DNA from: a virus
Taxonomy: Duplodnaviria > Caudoviricetes
Length of the DNA: 39,314 nt
Direction: 5' to 3' (one strand)
IMG/VR virus record: IMGVR_UViG_3300033067_000415
Coordinates: 1-39,314 of that record
Shown: piece by piece, positions 1-6,807 of the stretch
Layout of the letters: each line of letters opens with the position of its first letter
How positions within the stretch are numbered: the stretch's first letter is position 1
Notes under the pieces: generated by a model
What the model saw: only the letters and a program-made list of their open reading frames with translations
Told to the model about the DNA's origin: nothing
Database searches by the model: none
Position numbers and translations under genes: made by a program

Positions 1-118
1 CGTCCCTCGTCTCCGTGTCGATGGCGATGACTCCGGACCCTCTCAGGTCCGGAAGCACCTCGGGAACGCTCCAGTCTGTCGACGGAAGCATAAAGCTCAT
101 CGGAAGCTGGTCTGCCAT
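1..118 (-). CDS. DNA polymerase, family A, N-terminus only (runs off the left edge)
   Basis: Not in the ORF track. Hand translation from ATG at 118 gives MADQLPMSFMLPSTDWSVPEVLPDLRGSGVIAIDTETRD; IAIDTET is an ExoI 3'-5' exonuclease motif. The ATG overlaps the upstream stop (TGATG). Confidence 0.75.
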   Translation of the reverse strand, partial: MADQLPMSFMLPSTDWSVPEVLPDLRGSGVIAIDTETRD

Positions 119-495
119 CAGACCTCCGGAATGTATGCTTGAGCCTGACGACGACCGCGAGTGTAGGAGTTCATCGCCTTGGTCTCGGTGTCCTGAGCGA
201 CGTAGGCGGGTGTCGGCTCAGCCGCCTTCTCCAGACGCTGGCGAACGCGGTCGCCACTCAGCTTGGCGTATCCGGCAATGTCGTCCCAGTGCTCGGCAAT
301 GTCCGGATTGCCCGTCACGACCCGACCCATCTTGTGAGCGATCATGTGCAGGGTCTCCTTCTGGTCGGCGGCGAGGCCAGCGAACCGACGGTGCTTCGCC
401 AGCACGGCCATGATCTCCTGCGTACAGTCGGCGTGTTCGGTATAGTCTCCGTGCGTCTTCGCGCGCTCGGCCAGAATTTCGTCGATGTTGGTCAT
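118..495 (-). CDS. Conserved phage helical protein (DUF6378-like), possibly nucleotide metabolism
   Basis: Start re-called to MTNIDEILAERAKTHGDY (ATGA overlap with the HD gene). Pattern IL.ER...HGD...KMGR...G......HWDDIAGYA is typical of this family. Confidence 0.7.
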   Translation of the reverse strand: MTNIDEILAERAKTHGDYTEHADCTQEIMAVLAKHRRFAGLAADQKETLHMIAHKMGRVVTGNPDIAEHWDDIAGYAKLSGDRVRQRLEKAAEPTPAYVAQDTETKAMNSYTRGRRQAQAYIPEV

Positions 496-992
496 CTCAC
501 TATGCCCCTCTCGATGTGGCTGTTGACTCTTGCTCTCTCGTCGTCGTTCGCGCAGAGTGAGAGCGCCGCCTCCGCAGTGCGGGAGACGATAGGTTGCGCG
601 AGCGTGTTGCCCCTGAGGACCTCCTCGGTGCCAAACTCCCACATCTCCAGCAGATCGCAAATCTTGATGAAGCGTGCGGCGGTCTCGGTAATGTCGTCAG
701 TGTCGTCACCGACGAGCTCGATGCGCTTCTCCCGCTCCACCCGATCGTGCGCCGCCTTGAGGTCGGGATTGTTGCGCTTCGACGGGAACGGCGCGTCCCC
801 TGGACCGATCTCTCCGATGTCGTGGTACATGATGGCCCGCACCACGCGCACCGAAGGCAGACCGAAGATTGAGTCGTAGATGCGAAGAACGTGCAGCGTG
901 TGCTCGGCGTTGTTCTGCTCGCGAATCACGGGCCAAGTGTGATACCTCTTGACCAGCGAAGCGAAGCGAATGCTCGCAGTTACGTCGATCAT
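492..992 (-). CDS. HD-domain nucleotide phosphohydrolase (YfbR/5'-deoxynucleotidase-like)
   Basis: C-terminal part of track ORF 492..1757, start MIDVTAS. Motifs VKRYHT, QNNAEH, YHDIGE..PGD.P, KICD.LE. ATGA overlap with the upstream gene. Confidence 0.85.
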   Translation of the reverse strand: MIDVTASIRFASLVKRYHTWPVIREQNNAEHTLHVLRIYDSIFGLPSVRVVRAIMYHDIGEIGPGDAPFPSKRNNPDLKAAHDRVEREKRIELVGDDTDDITETAARFIKICDLLEMWEFGTEEVLRGNTLAQPIVSRTAEAALSLCANDDERARVNSHIERGIVR

Positions 993-1960
993 GCGAGCCT
1001 CCGATGCATCCACTCCAGGACCGCCCTGCGCCAGTCCAGCGCCGAGATGCCCTCCGCCACGCGCAGAGCCGTGACCCGCGATCCGAACTTCCACTCGTAG
1101 TGGGCGAGCCACATCTGTCGAGCGACGTAAAGGAACCACGAGTTGCTGTAGGAGTTGGGACGCTCCGGGTGCGTCATGAACTTGAAGAGGTCCGCGTCCC
1201 AGTCGCTCCAGTTCTCCCCGATGGAGTATGTGGTCGGATATGCCGCCAGTGGGTCCTGAGCGAACTTGGGGCGGACGCTCTCGTACAGATGCCAGTTGTT
1301 GCTGAGCTGATAGTACTTGCCGACCCGGACTCCGATCATCCCGGCCATGTACTCCTGGAGGAAGCTGAAGTGGACCGCGTTCGCTCCGTAGGCACCCCAG
1401 ACGACGTCGTTGGAGCGGCAGGTCACGGTGATGTCCAGCGCCCCGTCCACGATGCGCGGATAGATGGCCGTGTTGCACGGAATGTCCCGAGCGATCTCGC
1501 CGCTGAGTGTGTAGTCCTCGCTGCACATATCCATCGCGCCGTCGAGCATCTGAATGACGACGCGGCGGTCCTTGGGATTGGCCCTCAGGCGAGTAACGAC
1601 TGATCCGATCTGGTCGTAGCCGAACCAGTTCCGCCAGCGGTATCCGTAGGCACCCCAGATGCGTCCGGTCTCCGGCTCGGCGTAGCGACTGGAGAAGTCG
1701 GAGACGAAGCGGTCGAGCCACTTGCCGTCGTCGCTGCCCGAGATCATCCACAGGCACTCGAAGAAGTGGAAGAACGGATTGGCGTCGCGGTGGCGGTTGA
1801 ACAGCACCCTCTGCGTCGGACGCTCGTAGACCGTCATCACGGGGAACGGCGCTGCGGTGACGTCTCCGTTGCGAGACTCCTCCGGAACTCCGAACTTACT
1901 CATCGCGATGACGGCCTTGTCGTAGGCGTCATTCACGTTCACTGCCTGGATGGTCAGCAC
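989..1960 (-). CDS. Thymidylate synthase homologue, likely dUMP hydroxymethylase (5-hmdUMP synthase)
   Basis: SRNG, catalytic PCN, RSNDVVWGAYGANAVHF and NWHLY motifs. Asn at the specificity position points to dUMP. The WG..GAN form and neighbourhood resemble YuA/M6-type hydroxymethylases. Confidence 0.85.
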   Translation of the reverse strand: MLTIQAVNVNDAYDKAVIAMSKFGVPEESRNGDVTAAPFPVMTVYERPTQRVLFNRHRDANPFFHFFECLWMISGSDDGKWLDRFVSDFSSRYAEPETGRIWGAYGYRWRNWFGYDQIGSVVTRLRANPKDRRVVIQMLDGAMDMCSEDYTLSGEIARDIPCNTAIYPRIVDGALDITVTCRSNDVVWGAYGANAVHFSFLQEYMAGMIGVRVGKYYQLSNNWHLYESVRPKFAQDPLAAYPTTYSIGENWSDWDADLFKFMTHPERPNSYSNSWFLYVARQMWLAHYEWKFGSRVTALRVAEGISALDWRRAVLEWMHRRLA

Positions 1961-2274
1961 GGCTTACCTCTTCTGTTGCTGAGTGTCGTTATCCCGCCGT
2001 AGTTCTTCTCTACGTACGACTGGGAGAACGTGTAGATGTCGTCGGCGAGGCGAGATGCCTCGACGTTCATTTGCTCGTGGGCGGGGTCGTCGGAAACCAC
2101 GTCACGCATATATCGCACAAGAATATGGGCGCAGACAAGCATGTTGAGCGCGCAGATGTTGTGCTTCCGACCGACGAACTGCATCATGACGATCAGGTCA
2201 TTGGCCGGAGCCATGACGTTCTGCTCGTTCTCGCAGTGGCAGGAGGGGTGGCTTCTCCTGATGTCGTCATCCAC
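1954..2274 (-). CDS. Hypothetical protein
   Basis: 106-aa ORF overlapping both neighbours and filling the gap between the glycosyltransferase and the TS homologue. No motif recognised. Confidence 0.6.
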   Translation of the reverse strand: MDDDIRRSHPSCHCENEQNVMAPANDLIVMMQFVGRKHNICALNMLVCAHILVRYMRDVVSDDPAHEQMNVEASRLADDIYTFSQSYVEKNYGGITTLSNRRGKPC

Positions 2275-3076
2275 GCCCGAACGCCTTCTTCCAGAAGATG
2301 GTGACCTCGGTCCGCGTGCCGAACTGGCCTCCGGTCTTGTTGACCTTGGTGCGGAGCTTGACGAACGGATGGTGCAGCTCGGCCAGCTTGCGAGCGGCGT
2401 CCTCGTGCAGCTGATGCGTGCGATAGGTGCTGCATCCGCCCGGAGCGTTGGTCATCTTCTGGTCCTGGGACCACCATCCGACGTTGTAGTTCGGCAGACC
2501 CATGCGAAGCAGCTGAAGGTTGACGTCGAAGTCCTCCATGACGGGGACGCGCCCGTGCTGCGCTTTCAGGAAGTCCCGCGTCCGATAGCACAGAACGCGC
2601 AGAGTCCGGGTGTTCTCCTCGCCGAGCTCGCTCCACCGACCGACGCCCATGTTGTTGTTCCCCTGACGAGCGGAGATGCCGACGTGGGCGTGAGTGTCGA
2701 GCTTCTTCTCGACGCAGTCCCACATCATGTCGACGTCCTCGTCGGTACACTTCACGAGGCCCGTGGCGTCCACCGCCATCCTGCGAACGAACCGAACGTC
2801 GTCGTCGACCATAGCGAACTTACCCTCCCCGCTCTCCGCGCACTGTACGCCGATCCAGTGGCGGGTCGCAGCGATCCCGAGGGCGGGGGTGGAGACAATC
2901 TCTACCCCGTCGGACAGAAGTCCGGTCTTGCCGAGGGTCTGACGGTAGTCGTCGAACTGCGCGGGCGGGACAACGTACACCGTCCGGTCGCGAACTTCTC
3001 CTGAGAAGTCGGCCACGGGTCCGGCGAGAATGCTCGCGGCGTCGCTGCGTCCGGCGCTGGGAATGTAGATCTTCAT
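2267..3076 (-). CDS. GT-A fold glycosyltransferase, base-J glucosyltransferase/GREB1/TAGT-like
   Basis: Start re-called to MKIYIPSAGR (ATGA overlap). IYIPS.GR first strand, MVDDD (DxD), MEDFD..LQLL..G and NAPGGCS motifs. Confidence 0.8.
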   Translation of the reverse strand: MKIYIPSAGRSDAASILAGPVADFSGEVRDRTVYVVPPAQFDDYRQTLGKTGLLSDGVEIVSTPALGIAATRHWIGVQCAESGEGKFAMVDDDVRFVRRMAVDATGLVKCTDEDVDMMWDCVEKKLDTHAHVGISARQGNNNMGVGRWSELGEENTRTLRVLCYRTRDFLKAQHGRVPVMEDFDVNLQLLRMGLPNYNVGWWSQDQKMTNAPGGCSTYRTHQLHEDAARKLAELHHPFVKLRTKVNKTGGQFGTRTEVTIFWKKAFGRG

Positions 3077-3390
3077 GACGGCTTCCTCTCTATGTCTTCC
3101 TCGGAACACAGCGTCCCGAACTGCATCTCTCGCATGACGACGTCGCCAACGACAGCCGTCACTCTGTGCCAAACTCCGCAGGGGATCGTGAAGCTGCTGC
3201 CAGCCGATCCGAAGTGGACCTCGTCGCCAATCTCGACCCTGACCGTGCCGTCGGCGATGAACCAGACCTCGGACCTGTGACTGTGGCGCTGAAGGCTCGT
3301 GCTGCGTCCCTCGAAGATATACATCGACTTGAACACGCAGGTATCCGTTCTGAGGTGATCCGTGTAGGCACCCCACTGTCTCTCGATCAT
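3073..3390 (-). CDS. Cupin, phosphomannose isomerase type II C-terminal-like
   Basis: Start MIERQWG. Motifs R.WG, SLQRHSHRSEVW, IP.G.WHR, EMQFG...EEDIER. Confidence 0.85.
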   Translation of the reverse strand: MIERQWGAYTDHLRTDTCVFKSMYIFEGRSTSLQRHSHRSEVWFIADGTVRVEIGDEVHFGSAGSSFTIPCGVWHRVTAVVGDVVMREMQFGTLCSEEDIERKPS

Positions 3391-3809
3391 GCCGCCTCCT
3401 TGATGGGCCAGATGTAGTTGAGCTCGGGCTCCTCGGACCAACCGAACTGCGAGTACCACTCCGGAGCCTTGTGGAGCAGAGCAGCGCGGTGAGACGCGTG
3501 GAACTTTTCACATCCTAGCCAAGGAGGCATCACGATGTCAAGAAAATAAGGTGCCGTGGGGTCCAGCATCAGCGGCATGTTGTTCTCGAAGCCCCTGCGC
3601 GTCCACTCGCGGATGCAGGCGTCGGTGTACGCCATCAGGGCCGTGGTGTGACCGTCCCACATCTTGGTCGCGGGATGGTTGGACCAGCCGCCGCCGTTCT
3701 GCAGAGCGTTCTGGATCTGCCTGCCCTCCACGCGCTGCTTGCCGAGGCGCTTGTCGTCCAGACACATGGCTGACGCTACGAAGTTGGGGTGAGGAAGGAA
3801 TGTCTGCAC
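3387..3809 (-). CDS. Pyrimidine-dimer DNA glycosylase / T4 endonuclease V-fold protein (MSMEG_6728-like)
   Basis: GTG start after AGGAG gives MQTFLP; motifs LDDKRLGKQRVE, W.NHPA..MW.G, PPWLG...HASHR..LL.K, YIWP. Confidence 0.85.
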   Translation of the reverse strand: MQTFLPHPNFVASAMCLDDKRLGKQRVEGRQIQNALQNGGGWSNHPATKMWDGHTTALMAYTDACIREWTRRGFENNMPLMLDPTAPYFLDIVMPPWLGCEKFHASHRAALLHKAPEWYSQFGWSEEPELNYIWPIKEAA

Positions 3810-3836
3810 GTTTTCTCCTGAGAATTGTGTTCTACC

Positions 3837-3865
3837 AGTATAGCGGTTGAACGCGCTGCGGACTA
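3837..3865 (-). promoter_or_regulatory. Putative promoter for the glycosylase-cupin-GT-TS-HD-polymerase operon
   Basis: Minus strand reads TAGTCC-N17-TATACT, with GTTC-aac-CGC directly before the -10; intergenic and upstream of an RBS. Confidence 0.6.
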
Positions 3866-4090
3866 TTGCTCGCCCGTGTGTCTGCGCCACGCAAGCTCTA
3901 TCTGGTCCTCCGGAGTCAGGTTCTCGCGGAACGCGCCCCTTATGCGGTTGACCTCGTCGGAGTTCTGCCGCGCCATGTACTCGATGAGCTCGAGCTGCTC
4001 CTTGGTCACCCACCATCTGGGCAGCGGAACGAATCCCGCTGCCCTGAGAGCCTGCGCTCCTCTGCTCTTGAGCTCGGAGCCGTTCGACAT
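3863..4090 (-). CDS. Hypothetical protein
   Basis: 75-aa ORF, TGATG-coupled to the upstream gene. Confidence 0.65.
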   Translation of the reverse strand: MSNGSELKSRGAQALRAAGFVPLPRWWVTKEQLELIEYMARQNSDEVNRIRGAFRENLTPEDQIELAWRRHTGEQ

Positions 4091-4269
4091 CAGTAGCTCG
4101 TGCAGCTGACCGTCGTGCCGATCATGGTGCAGCGGGTGGTGGACGAGATGCCGCCGCCCGACGTCGTGCAGGTGTAGGTCGAGCCGATCCAGTAGCAGTT
4201 CGTGGAGGTGTATGCCTGAGCCGAGGATGCCATCAGGGCGGCGACGACTGCAATCTTGAGTTTCTTCAC
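4090..4269 (-). CDS. Small secreted four-cysteine protein (59 aa)
   Basis: Not in the track. MKKLKIAVVAALMASSAQA-YTSTNCYWIGSTYTCTTSGGGISSTTRCTMIGTTVSCTSY. AAAGGAG RBS, GTGA overlap upstream, TGATG overlap downstream, signal peptide ending in AQA. Confidence 0.8.
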   Translation of the reverse strand: MKKLKIAVVAALMASSAQAYTSTNCYWIGSTYTCTTSGGGISSTTRCTMIGTTVSCTSY

Positions 4270-4460
4270 GTCAGTTCTCCTTTGTTGAAGTCCTTCAGGG
4301 CGAAGTCTCGCACCACGCCCTTCTCAGTGTCGAGTGCTTGCAGAAGCCACTGCGGCTCCGGATGCCACTCGGTCGCACCGTACCACACCTTCAGCGGCAC
4401 GATGCTTCGGCGCGAGGTCTCCCCGCGCCAATTCTTGTAGACTATCTCGAGAGGCCTCAT
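4266..4460 (-). CDS. Stand-alone WYL-like domain protein
   Basis: Start MRPLEIVYKNWRGETSRRSIVP...QWLLQALD.EKG..RDFAL matches the WYL pattern (Y....G..S.R...P, W.L.A, R.F). Confidence 0.75.
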   Translation of the reverse strand: MRPLEIVYKNWRGETSRRSIVPLKVWYGATEWHPEPQWLLQALDTEKGVVRDFALKDFNKGELT

Positions 4461-4789
4461 ACGTAGAGCCTCGGCGGCGTCGGTATCGGCAGGAAGTGCG
4501 GACGCCACATGTGAAGACAGTACGGATGGATGTTCACGTGCTCGCTCGGCGGAACGTGAAGCTGCATCGCAGTCTCGTCGTCGCGGAAGAACGCCCGCTT
4601 GACGCGCTCCATCTCGTCCCACGTCGGACACCGATCCGGTCTGCTCACAGAGACGTGATCCCACCCTCCCGCCCAAGCGGCGATGATGTTCAGACCGCGG
4701 AGTCGGAAGCACCCTCCGTTATTCGGGTCAGGCGGGGGGACGCCCGGTCCGAAGACGGCCATGTGCTGAATCTCGGAGAATGGTCTCAT
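4457..4789 (-). CDS. Conserved phage protein (GWDHVSVS..RCPTW family)
   Basis: Start re-called to MRPFSEIQ (ATGA overlap). Motifs GWDHVSVS, RCPTWDEM..VK..FF, QLH.P....VN.HP.CLH.W. Confidence 0.75.
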   Translation of the reverse strand: MRPFSEIQHMAVFGPGVPPPDPNNGGCFRLRGLNIIAAWAGGWDHVSVSRPDRCPTWDEMERVKRAFFRDDETAMQLHVPPSEHVNIHPYCLHMWRPHFLPIPTPPRLYV

Positions 4790-4941
4790 GGCGATATGCT
4801 TTTCTTTGCTTCGCTCTTGTTCCAGGCTGTCTTGATTTTGGGGTTGTTCAGCCATCCATCTTCTGCGCCCGCGAGAAAGCCTTCGCTGAATGCTTCCTTG
4901 ACCAGCTTCCTCAGCGCCTCGATCAGGTCGTTGTCAGACAT
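4786..4941 (-). CDS. Hypothetical protein (51 aa)
   Basis: Not in the track. MSDNDLIEALRKLVKEAFSEGF...ISP; AAAGGAG RBS; stop overlaps the next ATG. Confidence 0.65.
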   Translation of the reverse strand: MSDNDLIEALRKLVKEAFSEGFLAGAEDGWLNNPKIKTAWNKSEAKKSISP

Positions 4942-5239
4942 GGTCGTCTCCTTTCAGGGCGGCGACAGTAGCGCGGGCCATCAACGTGACCCTTTCAAGG
5001 TTTGCATCAAGATCGTCCGATATGAACTCCAACGTCTCAAGTGCTTTTACCAGCTTGGCTTCCAACTGGTCTGCGCGGCGCTTCTGGGCGTCAAGGTTCT
5101 CGCCAAGGTTGGCAATCTCGCTCTCCTGCGCTTTCGCATCTTTCACCAGCAGTTCAATGCGGTCGGCGGCGGCGTTTGCCATAGTCTCGCCCTGATACGG
5201 CCAGTCCCGCAGCCGTGCGATCAGTTCTTGGTCAGTCAT
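4934..5239 (-). CDS. Hypothetical coiled-coil protein (MTDxELIxRLRD / AADRIE module family)
   Basis: Shares N-terminal, central and C-terminal blocks with neighbouring genes. Confidence 0.7.
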   Translation of the reverse strand: MTDQELIARLRDWPYQGETMANAAADRIELLVKDAKAQESEIANLGENLDAQKRRADQLEAKLVKALETLEFISDDLDANLERVTLMARATVAALKGDDHV

Positions 5240-5390
5240 GTTCTACTTCCCTCTGCGCGACCACATGGTAGTCGCCATTCTGTGTGTCGATCACGGTCAC
5301 GATGCGGAAACCCTCTTGCGCCAAGTTTGTCACCATCAGGTGCAACTCATGGACGCCACGGGCGGTAAAAACTCCGGCTTCACTCTTCAT
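5232..5390 (-). CDS. Hypothetical protein (52 aa)
   Basis: Not in the track. MKSEAGVFTARGVHELHLMVTNLAQEGFRIVTVID...; GGGAG RBS; overlaps both neighbours. Confidence 0.6.
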   Translation of the reverse strand: MKSEAGVFTARGVHELHLMVTNLAQEGFRIVTVIDTQNGDYHVVAQREVEHD

Positions 5391-5694
5391 TGTCGATCTC
5401 CCCTAGCGCACCGCTGGCAACGTCTTGGGCATGTGCAAACGCCAGTTCCCATTGAAGAGCGGTGACGCCGTGGATTTCACCGCCGCTGTGGACGTCGTTG
5501 CTCTCGATCTCGCGCAACGCCGCCTCCAGCCGTTCGGCGCGGGCGTTGATGCGGATGATGGTCTCGGCCTGTCTCTCGACGACCTCAACCTGCGCGCGAT
5601 CCGCCTTCACCAGCGCCTCAATGCGGTCGGCGGCAAGCCAAGCAGAGCGGGTTCCAAGGTCGCGCAGCCGTGTGATCAGTTCTTCGTCGGTCAT
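5380..5694 (-). CDS. Hypothetical protein (MTDxELIxRLRD / AADRIE module family)
   Basis: Shared blocks with neighbours; ATGA coupling; RBS present. Confidence 0.7.
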   Translation of the reverse strand: MTDEELITRLRDLGTRSAWLAADRIEALVKADRAQVEVVERQAETIIRINARAERLEAALREIESNDVHSGGEIHGVTALQWELAFAHAQDVASGALGEIDNEE

Positions 5695-6299
5695 GGCTTG
5701 TCTCCCTTCAGGGCGGCGTCGAAGCCAGCCGAAGTTTCAGGACAGGGCTTCAGGTGGCGGGTTGCCTCACGATAGGCTCTCCCTGCCGCCTCCAGCCGCT
5801 CGGCGCGAATGCGATGGCTGGAGGCAAAAGCGCGTTCCCTGCCACACCTCACAATCCACTGATCCCTCTCCTTCACCAGAGCCTCAACCCGCTTTTCCAA
5901 CACGTCGACGCTGTGCCTTGCGCTGTCCAACTGGTTGGTAGCTTCATCCCGCTCCTTCACCAGCGCCTCAATGCGGTCTGCGGCGAGGGGTGTGGGGGTA
6001 TCAGCGTTCTCATATGTTGCTGCGAAGATGTCAGGCTTGCAGGGATAAAACTCGCCTTTCACGCCACGAATGATGAAATCGCCTACGTCTGCGTTCATCT
6101 TACCTTCAAGGGTAAAGATTTTCAGACCCTCACGCGCCACAAGTTCGGAGTACTGCTCCCACATCATTCCAGCATGATGGGTTCGGGTGTTGAGTGGACC
6201 GTCTGTAAAGCAGATTACGTCGCGCAGGTTTTTGCCTGTCCACTTGATTGCCTCAATCACAACGGGCCTTTTGCGGTATTGGGTGGGGGTGTCAGTCAT
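5691..6299 (-). CDS. Conserved phage domain (YRKRPVVIEA...TLEG...GEFYPCKPDIF) fused to an AADRIE coiled-coil module
   Basis: Widespread phage hypothetical domain in the first ~100 aa, followed by two EALVKERD units. Confidence 0.8.
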   Translation of the reverse strand: MTDTPTQYRKRPVVIEAIKWTGKNLRDVICFTDGPLNTRTHHAGMMWEQYSELVAREGLKIFTLEGKMNADVGDFIIRGVKGEFYPCKPDIFAATYENADTPTPLAADRIEALVKERDEATNQLDSARHSVDVLEKRVEALVKERDQWIVRCGRERAFASSHRIRAERLEAAGRAYREATRHLKPCPETSAGFDAALKGDKP

Positions 6300-6511
6300 T
6301 GGGCGTGTCCCCGAAGGGCGGCGCGAAGCTGGTACATCTCAGAGATGACGCTATCCAACGCCCTGATAACAGACCCCACCTCTGGCACCGACAGGGCCAC
6401 CCCTTCCCTCACGGCGGGCAGGGCGGCGATGGCGTCTACCATTTGCTGCGCGGCCTTAAAGCCACCGCGACAAGCATCTCGCAGCCGTGCGATCAGTTCT
6501 TCGTCGGTCAT
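6296..6511 (-). CDS. Hypothetical protein (MTDxELIxRLRD family)
   Basis: ATG at 6511 overlaps the upstream TGA; carries the 31-nt start repeat. Confidence 0.65.
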   Translation of the reverse strand: MTDEELIARLRDACRGGFKAAQQMVDAIAALPAVREGVALSVPEVGSVIRALDSVISEMYQLRAALRGHAQ

Positions 6512-6807
6512 CACACGGTCCTCACGTTGACGCCGTGGCGCACGGACAGTTCGGTTTCCTTGGTGTCGGCCTCCTGCTCTGCGGCATCGGCAACGGCGCT
6601 CAGGTACTCCTCCATCGTGAAAACGCCCTTCTTAATCAACAGCGCCACAAGGCCCGCCTGATCCGACTTCGACAGGTCGACCCCGGTGCGGAGGTCTTTG
6701 TATTGGTCTCGTGGGCGCTCCGGGTTGAAGGCGATTGCCGTCTGCACTCGGTGCGCCGCCTGCATGTAGCGTTCAGCGTCTTTCGCTCTCTGTCCGTGGT
6801 CAGTCAC
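6511..6807 (-). CDS. Hypothetical phage protein
   Basis: 98-aa ORF with GGAGG RBS, overlapping both neighbours. Confidence 0.7.
   Translation of the reverse strand: MTDHGQRAKDAERYMQAAHRVQTAIAFNPERPRDQYKDLRTGVDLSKSDQAGLVALLIKKGVFTMEEYLSAVADAAEQEADTKETELSVRHGVNVRTV

Larger units (their letters stand above)
5209..6511. repeat. Dispersed short direct repeats shared among four small genes
   Basis: 31-nt block at 5209-5239, 5664-5694 and 6481-6511 (1-2 mismatches against the last copy). Identical 25-mer at 5604-5628 and 5954-5978. 20/21 match at 5521-5541 and 5787-5807. Confidence 0.9.

Noticed and set aside
492-992. DatZ / Z-genome (2-aminoadenine) system
   Set aside because: An HD domain alone is not diagnostic and no PurZ-like gene is present in the window.
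989-1960. dCMP hydroxymethylase (T4-like glucosyl-hmC system)
   Set aside because: The specificity residue reads Asn, not Asp, and dCTP deaminase plus aGPT-Pplase1 point to uracil chemistry. Not excluded without an assay.
492-3511. Track ORFs 492..1757 and 2267..3511 as long fusion proteins
   Set aside because: Their N-terminal parts are off-frame overlaps of the TS and cupin genes; the true starts at 992 and 3076 show ATGA coupling.
5209-6511. 31-nt repeats as a CRISPR array or DGR template/variable repeats
   Set aside because: Spacing is hundreds of bases and irregular, the repeats are in-frame gene starts, and no cas or reverse transcriptase gene is seen.
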